A stretch of 62,651 bases of DNA from positions 1 to 62,651 of the IMG/VR virus record IMGVR_UViG_3300010396_000012, one strand, 5' to 3'. The stretch is from a virus (Duplodnaviria > Caudoviricetes). Position 1 is the first letter of the stretch; each line of letters opens with the position of its first letter. The translations under genes and the position numbers were made by a program. Under the pieces are notes generated by a model. That model saw only the letters and a list, made by a program, of their open reading frames with translations. It was not told the DNA's origin and searched no databases. This document shows positions 46,501-54,832 of the stretch, piece after piece.

Positions 46501-49500
46501 TCTTCCCCCGGCGACTTGAGGATGGCGTCAAGGGCACGGCTTACTTTGTGGTTGCTGTCCAAGCCCAGCATCGACTTGATATGCTGGAAGAATCCACCTA
46601 GCCATTGCTTGATGCGATCTGCTTTTCCATTCTTTACCCAACGATTGTTCAGCAAGTCCGTCGATTCGACGGCCCAGTATTCACTAGGGTTCTTGTACTT
46701 ATAGAACTCGTCGTACGGCAGCTTCTTGCTTGTACGCATGAGTAACGACATTTCCTTCTCTGCTTCTAGCGAAGGATGCGCGTAGTTTTCGATGGCAAGC
46801 TGTATGAACCGCTCACCATCCTTGTTCCCATTCTTGATAACCTGCTTGAGTTTGTTCTGCAGACGCCCGATATATTCATTACGAATATCGTTCTGCATGT
46901 CTTCCGGCATTAGTTGTTCTGCACTGTGCATAATTTCATGCACGGCAGTACCGGGATTTGTTGCTGTGGAATTAATATGGAACAGACGCTGCGACGGGCT
47001 GAATCGTCCACCCGGCCCTTTCTCGCCAAGATCGTGGATGCGTACGGCAAGATAATTCGCAAGGTTTGGATTCTTATCCAGCAGCCATTGCGCGAACTTG
47101 CCAGCTTCATAGTGATCGCTGCCGGGTTCATGCGACGCAATCATTTCCTGCAGACGCTGGCGTACGTATTCTACACCACGACGCGGCTTACGGCCCATGT
47201 CGCGCAGCGCACGCTCCATCTTGGCGGCTTCCATGTCGTCATGAAGCTTCTGCAGTTCCGCACCCGTCTCGTGAATATCTGCGCCTTCACGAACACGGTT
47301 AATGATTTCACCGACACGGCGCTTGGTTTGAACAGGGGCAATCTTATCGACTTCCTTTTCGGTACCGACCGTCGAGGCATGCCGCTCGTCGGCCATCTGC
47401 TCAAGATCATCCATGTGCAGCGTGTATTCGCCGTGTGGGCCGAAGTTACTTTCCTCGTGCCCACTCGTCTGCGCGCCTTCATGCACTTGGTCGAGTTCAT
47501 CCTTGGCGCGATTTAATTTACCAGCAGCGGTGTCACCTGTCAGATCGTCGCCGTGGGACATCACTGTCCAATCGTCTTTGCCTACTCCACGCTGTACGAC
47601 CACTTCGCCGGGTCGAGCGTGGGTATCAACGGCATCGACGCCACTGAGCGGTTCAACACTTCCATCGCGGCGGATAATAGCTCGTGTTTGCCCAGCGGCG
47701 CGTTCGTCGCGCAAACGATTCTGTGCTTCGAGACTAGCGGATGACTCCCCACTGGCGTTGTTCTGGTGGTATTCGTCATTAAGGTAGTCATCGTTCGGCT
47801 CGCTTTCATTGGCGCGTGCTTCGGCTACGTCTTCCTTGAGCGACGCGGGAGTACGCTTGAGCGGCTTGGTGGCTTTCGCCATCGTCGGCGTCTTAGCCTG
47901 TTGGCGAAGCCACTTCACGTCATCATTGGTAAGATCACCTGTCTGCTTCCACCCGTCCAGTAGATCGCCCAAGTCATGACTGTCGCCCATACGTGCAGTG
48001 GCGACGGCATCGTGAATCTGGTCAATCGTATGCTGAGGCAGCGTATCCGCAAAACGGTCACGAAGCTGTTGGTCAAGCTCCGTTACGGCTGCCCCCGTAT
48101 TAGCTACGGGGGCTTCGCTTTTTGGGGGCTTTGCGGCCCCTCCTTTCAGCGGCTTGGGTTTAGCTACGGGCGCAGCGGGTGCCGGTTCAGGCGGCGGAGC
48201 GGCTGCCTTTTTCAAACCTTTAGGTTTCGTAACAGGAGTCGTGACCTGTTGGTTTGCCTTCTCTGCGATGTCACGCTCGTTCTTGAGGAATGCCCCAAGC
48301 TGTTCCGGCGTCGAAATACGACCATCCTGAATAGCCGTCTTTACCGCGAGGAAGTGCGGATCGGATCGGAAAGCATCCTCGCCTGCACCCCCGGACACGC
48401 CAGCATTCATCGCTGCCTGCATGTACTGTTCATTGTACTTCTGCTCGGCATTCTTGCGTACGCGTGCCTTTAGCTTGTTGGTTGCGGTCGGCGCAGTGCC
48501 CTGCGGTGCAAGAGCTTCCGTTACCGTGCTGGCGACGTTATCGTGATCCTGCGCTTGTTCGGCATTAGTTTTCGGTACTGGCGCTGCGGCAGGCGTAGGA
48601 GCCGGCGCGGGGGCTGCAGCTTCCGGAGCTTTCGGTGTAACTTTATTCCCCGGCGCCGCTTTGCTGGTTGCCAATCCCGTAAGTAGCTTTTGTACATCGG
48701 CTTCGGAACTCACATTACCCTGTTGCACCAAGCGCATGACCGCCTTACCCAGCGGCGACTCATGCAACTGCGGGTTCTGCACATCGCCCGTCGCTACGCC
48801 ATAGAGCATCTTGGCCTGCGTCGGAATGTCAGTACCATCCAACACGCCAGCCGTGACCGACTGGATCGTAGCGTTCGGCGTAGGCGCTTGTGCAGCGGTA
48901 CCGGGAACCTGCTGCCCACTAATATCCGAAGGAAGTGGCTGCTCACCACCCGTCGGGCCGGCTGCGGCCGGTGTGGGTTGCGCTGCAGGTTGTGCACTAG
49001 GCGGCGTAGTTTCTGCCGCTGCTGCAGCCGGAGTTTCGGCCGGTTTGCCAAACTGCTGTATCGTCTGGTCAATCGCCCCTGCATCCAGCTTCGGATTACG
49101 CTTGGTCAGATACGTCGCGGCTTCTTCTATAGCGAACTGACGCTGCTCTGCCGACATCGCGTTCCATTCTTCATCCGGAACAAAGTGACGAGCAAGCTGC
49201 ACCGCTCCATCGACGGCCGATTCAGGCGTCGTGGCGTACTTGACAATGGCTTGTACCGTACGGCTACGGCCTTGACCATTCAACTCCTTGGTAAACTCCT
49301 TCATGGAGTTAGCGTGCTGCTCGGCCGTCATGCCCGTAGCATGCGCATTCGTATTCACTGCAGCGTTGTACTGTGCGGCAATGTTTCCATCGTTGCCTGC
49401 AGCCGGAGCCGTACCTGCCGGGATCATGGCAATGTGCCCATCAGGCATCCGCACTACCGTCGATCCATCGACCTGCGTACCCAGCACTTCGGCACCTTCC

Positions 49501-50888
49501 GGAATCGGCGACGCACCCGCACCGGGCGGCGGCGGGTTACCTGACCCATCGGTCGGCGCTTCGGTAGATACGGCTTCGGGCGGCGGTGTCTTACCCACTT
49601 GGCTACGACGCTTGAGAGGATTCTTGGAATTGATCGCTTCCTTGTTACCGCCCAAGATACCCAACAATGCACCCATCAAGCCTTGCTGCAGTACACTTTC
49701 CCCACTGAACTGGTTTGAGTTATTCAGCCCTTGATCGACAAGCTGCTGGCCGGTTGCCATACCGGCGTTGACTGCGCCAGCCTGACCTATACGCTTCAAA
49801 AGCTTAGCCCCCGGCGTATGCACGGGAGCGACATTCAACAACGTACCAATAGCGGAGTCAGCAACACCTTGGCGAAGTACCGCATCGGAATCCTGACCGG
49901 CATTCATCTGGTCGGCCACGTTGCCCGTGGTGTTGGCGAGTGCCGTTGCACCGCCCGCTGCCAGTAGCGGAATGTCCGCGCCGCCCGTCGCCAGCGTGGC
50001 CGCCGCGACCGGGATGGCTCCTACCCCGGCCTGACCCAGCAATGCGCCGCCACGGTTCGTCTGCTGCGCCTGAGCGAGGTCTTGGTTGCCTTCCGCCGCC
50101 ATGGTCGAAGCGCCGCCATTGGCCGCGTCGAAGTTCTTGCCGAGCGTGTTCTGCAGCACCGCATACTGCGGATCGTTGTAGTTGTGCCCAAGCATCATCT
50201 GCAAGAACTGTTCGCGATCCTGTCCTGCCTGATTGCGGCCGTGAACAATGTTTCCGTTACCTTGGCGCATCAGCGAGTCACCGAAGTCGCCACCGACGAC
50301 ACGGTTGCCTAGTGCACCCAAAAACGCCAGTGCACCACCACCTAGCTTCTGTGCTTCACCCGCTGCACCCTCCCCGAGCGCTTTACCAAAGCCCGAGTAC
50401 CAGTGACTGTTGTCGGCTTGGTCGCCCGGAAACAGGCGGTCACCCAACTGGCGTGCACGCAGTTCGTATTCAGCTTGGTACGCCTTCAACTGCTGCGGTT
50501 TGATTTTCGGAATCGCCGTGATGCTTGGGTCTACGAATTGCGTCTTGTAATCCAGCGAAAACTGGTCGTAGTCCTGCCGAGTCGGCGGGCGGCCTAGTCC
50601 ACTAGAATACTGCTGCCATGCCACCGGCAGAGGAACAGGAGCACTTGGCTGTGTCGGCTGTTGCTGTGGCGAAGGCATGCCCCCCATACCACCACTGGGC
50701 GATGGTACGGCATTCTGTGAAAAGGTCGGCAAAGGCTGTGCGGGTGCCATCTGTGTCGCCGGCCCTTGCAGCACACGAGGGTCTTGCAGCGGTGCGGGCT
50801 GCGAAGGTGGCAGATTGTAGAGATTAGGCGGGATAGGCTGTGGCCCGCTAGTCTGCGGCAGCGAATAAGCCTGAGTTCCGAGTGCCAT
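43521..50888 (-). CDS. Giant internal virion/ejection protein (polyvalent type) with a zincin motif and LPD38-like C-terminus
   Basis: 2455 aa; HEIMH plus a downstream E.WA; C-terminal QP..D...N....G.PI pattern; last gene of the structural arm. Confidence 0.75.
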   Translation of the reverse strand: MALGTQAYSLPQTSGPQPIPPNLYNLPPSQPAPLQDPRVLQGPATQMAPAQPLPTFSQNAVPSPSGGMGGMPSPQQQPTQPSAPVPLPVAWQQYSSGLGRPPTRQDYDQFSLDYKTQFVDPSITAIPKIKPQQLKAYQAEYELRARQLGDRLFPGDQADNSHWYSGFGKALGEGAAGEAQKLGGGALAFLGALGNRVVGGDFGDSLMRQGNGNIVHGRNQAGQDREQFLQMMLGHNYNDPQYAVLQNTLGKNFDAANGGASTMAAEGNQDLAQAQQTNRGGALLGQAGVGAIPVAAATLATGGADIPLLAAGGATALANTTGNVADQMNAGQDSDAVLRQGVADSAIGTLLNVAPVHTPGAKLLKRIGQAGAVNAGMATGQQLVDQGLNNSNQFSGESVLQQGLMGALLGILGGNKEAINSKNPLKRRSQVGKTPPPEAVSTEAPTDGSGNPPPPGAGASPIPEGAEVLGTQVDGSTVVRMPDGHIAMIPAGTAPAAGNDGNIAAQYNAAVNTNAHATGMTAEQHANSMKEFTKELNGQGRSRTVQAIVKYATTPESAVDGAVQLARHFVPDEEWNAMSAEQRQFAIEEAATYLTKRNPKLDAGAIDQTIQQFGKPAETPAAAAAETTPPSAQPAAQPTPAAAGPTGGEQPLPSDISGQQVPGTAAQAPTPNATIQSVTAGVLDGTDIPTQAKMLYGVATGDVQNPQLHESPLGKAVMRLVQQGNVSSEADVQKLLTGLATSKAAPGNKVTPKAPEAAAPAPAPTPAAAPVPKTNAEQAQDHDNVASTVTEALAPQGTAPTATNKLKARVRKNAEQKYNEQYMQAAMNAGVSGGAGEDAFRSDPHFLAVKTAIQDGRISTPEQLGAFLKNERDIAEKANQQVTTPVTKPKGLKKAAAPPPEPAPAAPVAKPKPLKGGAAKPPKSEAPVANTGAAVTELDQQLRDRFADTLPQHTIDQIHDAVATARMGDSHDLGDLLDGWKQTGDLTNDDVKWLRQQAKTPTMAKATKPLKRTPASLKEDVAEARANESEPNDDYLNDEYHQNNASGESSASLEAQNRLRDERAAGQTRAIIRRDGSVEPLSGVDAVDTHARPGEVVVQRGVGKDDWTVMSHGDDLTGDTAAGKLNRAKDELDQVHEGAQTSGHEESNFGPHGEYTLHMDDLEQMADERHASTVGTEKEVDKIAPVQTKRRVGEIINRVREGADIHETGAELQKLHDDMEAAKMERALRDMGRKPRRGVEYVRQRLQEMIASHEPGSDHYEAGKFAQWLLDKNPNLANYLAVRIHDLGEKGPGGRFSPSQRLFHINSTATNPGTAVHEIMHSAEQLMPEDMQNDIRNEYIGRLQNKLKQVIKNGNKDGERFIQLAIENYAHPSLEAEKEMSLLMRTSKKLPYDEFYKYKNPSEYWAVESTDLLNNRWVKNGKADRIKQWLGGFFQHIKSMLGLDSNHKVSRALDAILKSPGEDYNERMLSSPRGKGEVNDELHDALHEDDEGDDNEEAQAQPVHDNSAETRGFSGVVNHVVEQGMNAHVGVEMALQGLRRLGVKITADNNVDYAISRTRGLRSEYNMTDSYDVFKPFHDWVNKNFQRFGNTMDDSLRNINMFFQNTHWLERVRTAWLMQAPMKSAAMEIQRAKLLDDVQNLKVDPAVAAKQLETMKSDMKYGWEQWGRNHNVPIDVINKKLNELKLKHGMDQNSMAELNKVMEGARQRQTQRLQDAGVVSKDDPWVKLYGWKWYVPLKSAKKTDTPFWGIAQNGNLSLAKLNSTMAAMQGRSTFSESPVFRLYADTAQAGNAHANATLGDALYNLVSDKKARKALGADIETWEGTPHDGYKNASTGEYTARLKMEPNQVLVHDGRTHYVITFPKDSQMARGLWKMNNIAAPDPLGRQVGKVTNAIARIQTTLSPVWQTFTAYARDMTYVPAVLATTRFDNPLEAVPFFARYGVNALKSVAALRQIAPALKSDHLALERMAKADPNSWAAWTLRYMRLGGNNEFVGGFNTNDIQDRLGTGGFNNIPRSADGVWDATKLGWNTVLKYTNRYADFVTQIPRVAAFRTLVEQGIDERDAAAEARRVLDYGESGVQGRRINAYKAFFRVAATGVDAMRRSFVKPTGGYDFPKMAKWMGFYSMLGAAGYMTSSMMLGQDEDGKDNIAKMLPETIATRVLFPIGDQVAGWQMGLGLPQIMMAPGALMAAVAAGHVSPEDAADTYAKLVARNSAIETGGSVDHTPLGFLGSLAKGAITPTVVQPLEDIANNVNHWGVPIHGDARKGHFAADSGRKSTPDVFKEQAQWLNSLTNGTIDFYPEDIQYMVRNYGGQWAGTLISQLESQSMTPKTALPIPGLVKDQDFYQQRQLYDTLGQLDNANKRYNAIVDHAVSSGMSPEQAKQQADLIVARDPDMQKQRQLYSVLQSAAGQRAQEMKALQANKFISATGRELQMKQIDSKLRRTLDSVTDKMP

Positions 50889-51274
50889 TAGCAGGACTCC
50901 AACAATTTGCGCAGATAGTTACGCACCGACTTTTCGTTCTTCATGGAAAGCGTTTTACCGAATGCTGGTGTGGTCTGCAGCATATCGAACGTCGCCGTAC
51001 CTGTAGGCTTGAGGGACGCCAACTCCATCCCTTGGTCGCCGAGCGAAAGTACGTCGTCTGAAAAAGCGAGGTTGTACTCGTTACCGTAACGCTTGAGGCC
51101 GAAGTGTTTTGCGCCCTTGAGTTTATTGACACCCTTCTTGGCTTCTTGGTACGCAAGCCCATACTCGGCAAGCTGTACTTGCAGGTCAGTCGCCATGCGC
51201 TGGTTCGAGCGCAGACCAATCGGCCCACCGGCAGAGGCGTAATTAGGCATCGGGGGATTGAGATTGGTAAGCAT
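50888..51274 (-). CDS. Hypothetical virion protein
   Basis: 128 aa, coupled on both sides. Confidence 0.65.
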   Translation of the reverse strand: MLTNLNPPMPNYASAGGPIGLRSNQRMATDLQVQLAEYGLAYQEAKKGVNKLKGAKHFGLKRYGNEYNLAFSDDVLSLGDQGMELASLKPTGTATFDMLQTTPAFGKTLSMKNEKSVRNYLRKLLESC

Positions 51275-51954
51275 CAGCCAGCATCCGCCACAAGTTCAGG
51301 TTGCTGCGCACGCGCCAAGTAGTCATTCAGACCGGACTCCAAAGGAGTGCCTTTGACAACGTATCGCAAATAGGTAAGTGCAGGCTGTACCACTCGACCG
51401 CCTACACGGAAAGGTTTGTCCCAACGATTCGGCTGATTAGCCAGTGCTGGAAGATAATGCGCCACGATAGCTTTGTAAGGGTCGTTACCGTAAGCTGCAA
51501 GACGTGCGGCTACATCGTGCGCGAACTTAGCGTCCTGAACTTGCGGCGGAGCCAGTGCAGCTTTCGGATACCCACCGTACCCATTCCATGTGCTGTCCGT
51601 GTACTGGTAAGCACCCGAAGCCGAGCTACGCGGGTTTACTGCTTGGTAGTTACCGTTTGACTCCCGCTGTTTGATAATACCCGTCAACGTATGCGCAAGA
51701 TTTGAGTTGGCTTCGGGTTCCGGTGCCTGTCGCTGAGACATCTGTTGGACTTGCTGCGGGCCAATGAAGTAATTTCGATTGTATGCTTCTGGCCCCATCG
51801 GCTGCCGATCCGGCATCATCGGCATATAATCTTCGGGTAGTCCTGCGGAACCTTGCGCTGGCCCTTGTGGTGCAGCCATATTCTGGCTAAGTGCTGGCAG
51901 ACTCGCCAAACCACCGAGTCCTGCTAAGGCTTCCAACTGCATCGGATCGGCCAT
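51274..51954 (-). CDS. Virion-associated lytic transglycosylase (Rpf/SceD-like domain)
   Basis: I..RES.GNY.AVN..S.ASGAYQY...TW and QD..F motifs. Confidence 0.8.
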   Translation of the reverse strand: MADPMQLEALAGLGGLASLPALSQNMAAPQGPAQGSAGLPEDYMPMMPDRQPMGPEAYNRNYFIGPQQVQQMSQRQAPEPEANSNLAHTLTGIIKQRESNGNYQAVNPRSSASGAYQYTDSTWNGYGGYPKAALAPPQVQDAKFAHDVAARLAAYGNDPYKAIVAHYLPALANQPNRWDKPFRVGGRVVQPALTYLRYVVKGTPLESGLNDYLARAQQPELVADAG

Positions 51955-52793
51955 TAGTATCCTGCATCCTGCATGACTTGACCCGGCGGACTATAGGTAC
52001 CGTACCCACCCATAGGTTGCGTCATCGGACGCTGCGGCGTACCCGGATTGTAGCCACCGTTGCCCAGTCCGTAGGTACCCAGTTCAGCGTTCGACGGCAT
52101 ACGCATCTGCATCGGCGGCTGCTGCGGCTGTTCCTGCGGCTGTTCCTGTGGCTGTGCAAAGAACGGATCGAGCGGGTGCCCTGCAGGCTGCCCCATCGGC
52201 GGGAACGCGCCGGCTCGTGCATTGTAGTAGTTCGCCTGCCCGAGGTCACGAATGTAGCCGCCGATACCGTAGCGACCGTACTGCGCCATGGCATTATAGT
52301 TATTAATCTGTGCCTGTGCGAGGTTCCCCTGCATCTGCTGCGGGAAATACAACTGCTGCATTAGGCGACTGGTATCTGCATCGCCCACCCAGTGCGGTTG
52401 GCCGTTGGCGTCGTGCATGACATAGCGCGTCTGGCCCTGTGAATTAATACCAGACGGCGTGAAGCCGCCATACTCGGCGACGTTTCCATAGAACGGTTGC
52501 GTGATGCCCGTAAGCATAGCAATACGTTCGTCCAGCGGAAGTTGCTGCTGTGCTAGTTGCGTACGATAGAACTGATTCTGGATAGCTGGATGCTGTACAT
52601 CGAACGGAAGTGCTGCATTGTCGCGCACATCATTACGCTGGATACCGGCCAGTCGATACGGATTCAGCACATTGTAGTCATAATCCTGCGCACGCGCCTG
52701 ACGCACGTTGCTTTCCAATCGCTGCTGTTGGTTCGCGCCAAGATCGAAGCCTTGGACAGAACTACCAAAGGGGTCAAACATTACGTGGCGCAT
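51954..52793 (-). CDS. Q-rich internal virion (ejection) protein
   Basis: Composition and position. Confidence 0.6.
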   Translation of the reverse strand: MRHVMFDPFGSSVQGFDLGANQQQRLESNVRQARAQDYDYNVLNPYRLAGIQRNDVRDNAALPFDVQHPAIQNQFYRTQLAQQQLPLDERIAMLTGITQPFYGNVAEYGGFTPSGINSQGQTRYVMHDANGQPHWVGDADTSRLMQQLYFPQQMQGNLAQAQINNYNAMAQYGRYGIGGYIRDLGQANYYNARAGAFPPMGQPAGHPLDPFFAQPQEQPQEQPQQPPMQMRMPSNAELGTYGLGNGGYNPGTPQRPMTQPMGGYGTYSPPGQVMQDAGY

Positions 52794-53560
52794 TATTTCA
52801 TTCCCATGCTAGGTACGCCGTACATGCTACGGACAGCACGACGAGCATCTTCCGATGATCCTTTCATTGCCCAGCCATTGCCGATGGCTGAAACAGTATC
52901 CCCCAGCGTATCGTACGCCTGACTCACTTCACCGACTGCACTGGCAAGACCCTGCCGCACCATGGACGCGATACCCAAACCGATGTTCGCCATTGCAGTC
53001 TTGCGGTCAAAAGCACGAAGGTTATGCTGGTCAGTCCACGTCAGTTCGTAGCGTGTGCCCAAGTTCCAGCCCGACACTATGGCGTGTGTACGTGCAATTG
53101 CCATGTCATAGTCGAGCCGACGCTGCTGTCCGATGTTGTATTTCGGTAGACGGCGACGTGCTTCAAACCACTGACGTTCATTCACTGAGGTCGATGCGAT
53201 ACCACCGGGCAGTGACGCGTAGAAGTCGTAAGGGTAGATGGGGTTCAGTGTACCGCTAAAAGCTTCACTGGCCGACTGCGCAATCTGTGGCTGGTGCTGC
53301 CCCGTAAAGAACGCGTAGTCTTGCTTATTGATGTTGTAGTAGTTCTGGCCGAGGTCGATGACCTTCTGCTTCAACTCGTATTCGGCAATAGCGATAGCGA
53401 GCAGACCAAGCCCACGCATACCACCCTTGTCTATACTGGACGCGAGATTAGTGACCGCATCCTCGCCTGCGATCATCTGTGTCTGACCCACGCCCGAGTA
53501 GCCATTCTGGCTAGGACGGTAGTTCACCATCATCCCGTAGCTAGAGTATTGGTCAGCCAT
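52793..53560 (-). CDS. Putative ejection protein (paralog B)
   Basis: Start refined to MADQYS; similar to 53553-54305. Confidence 0.65.
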   Translation of the reverse strand: MADQYSSYGMMVNYRPSQNGYSGVGQTQMIAGEDAVTNLASSIDKGGMRGLGLLAIAIAEYELKQKVIDLGQNYYNINKQDYAFFTGQHQPQIAQSASEAFSGTLNPIYPYDFYASLPGGIASTSVNERQWFEARRRLPKYNIGQQRRLDYDMAIARTHAIVSGWNLGTRYELTWTDQHNLRAFDRKTAMANIGLGIASMVRQGLASAVGEVSQAYDTLGDTVSAIGNGWAMKGSSEDARRAVRSMYGVPSMGMK

Positions 53561-54305
53561 TGCTCTGTCCCGGCTGCATGAACGGTACACCTTTCCAACC
53601 CGAGTCGGTTGACGAACGCATACCTATGGAAGGTGCATCGCGGAACTGTGTGCCCTGTGCAAAGTAATCGGCCACATCAGACAGCCCACGACGGTATCCT
53701 GCAAACTTCGCTGCGCCATTACCGTACGTCGCCAACTGATCCGCCATATCCCCGATCTGGCTGGTGAGATTGGTCAGTCCATACTGCAGCGCCGGCACCA
53801 CGGCCGAGCCTTGCTTGATACCCATGTTGTGGACGGCCATACGCTTGTACCACCGCTGGTCGTTGCGTACATCGTACCAGTATTCCTCAAACCGGAACAG
53901 GTAGTTGGCCCAGTCGCTTTCGACACGCGGAAGGTCTACGGCCGACTCCGTGATGCGGCTATCCGGCGTGCTTCCGTACATCGCTGCATGCCGTGCCCAC
54001 CATCCTACGGTATCTGTACTCGACCCACCATACGGCCCTGTGTTGGCATTAAGCATGGTCGTCATGCGCGCTGCGTAATTACGCGTGTACGGTAGATCGG
54101 TACTCAAGTCTCCAATCAGCGGCAGTTCCACACCTTGCTGGAAAGTGCTGAAATAAAACTGCCGTTGTGCCGCATATAGGTTGTAATACTGCTGAGCAAT
54201 AGCGACTGACTTGAACGACTGCATAAGCGAGCCGATAGCAGACGCCGCTTCCACGACCTGCGTAATTGCCTCTGTTTCGTCGTAGATGAATTGCTGAGAT
54301 ACCAT
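53553..54305 (-). CDS. Putative ejection protein (paralog A)
   Basis: Start refined to MVSQQF (TGATG overlap). Confidence 0.65.
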   Translation of the reverse strand: MVSQQFIYDETEAITQVVEAASAIGSLMQSFKSVAIAQQYYNLYAAQRQFYFSTFQQGVELPLIGDLSTDLPYTRNYAARMTTMLNANTGPYGGSSTDTVGWWARHAAMYGSTPDSRITESAVDLPRVESDWANYLFRFEEYWYDVRNDQRWYKRMAVHNMGIKQGSAVVPALQYGLTNLTSQIGDMADQLATYGNGAAKFAGYRRGLSDVADYFAQGTQFRDAPSIGMRSSTDSGWKGVPFMQPGQSNG

Positions 54306-54832
54306 CAGTTCACCAAATAAGGCGCCAATGCGATCTTGAGCGGTAGTGAGCGGTTCGACATCAGCATCGGCCCACCCACCAAGTAAAGAATCATGGAAAA
54401 GATTTCCAGCGGTACAAGCTGTGTCGCCGAAGTCAGCTTGTCGTAGATCGTGTACTCCGAGTTCTGCATTGCGTCTACTTTCAGCGCTACACCATCCTTG
54501 TGCGCATTGCACATGATCGTGAGAATCGGCACGAGGATAGGCGCATTCTTCGCCCAAAAGTCATTGGCGTTCAGCGCGTACACCAAGTCCTGCATGACTC
54601 GCAGCCCACGACCTGACTCCGGTTTACGCATGGAGATAATCATGTTCGCCATAGACACGGCAACTTCAATTGCCATCATGGCCCATGCACGATACCCCAT
54701 CTTGTTCGGGTCTTTCTCGATGTCCTCGTTGGTCGGGATGTCGAAATGTTCTTTGAAAATACCGCGCAGCACTTCGTCCACTTCGGACTGCTTGGCGATG
54801 GCACGCATGGTCGATTCAGGAAGTGTGTTCAT
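54305..54832 (-). CDS. Hypothetical protein
   Basis: 175 aa, coupled. Confidence 0.65.
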   Translation of the reverse strand: MNTLPESTMRAIAKQSEVDEVLRGIFKEHFDIPTNEDIEKDPNKMGYRAWAMMAIEVAVSMANMIISMRKPESGRGLRVMQDLVYALNANDFWAKNAPILVPILTIMCNAHKDGVALKVDAMQNSEYTIYDKLTSATQLVPLEIFSMILYLVGGPMLMSNRSLPLKIALAPYLVN

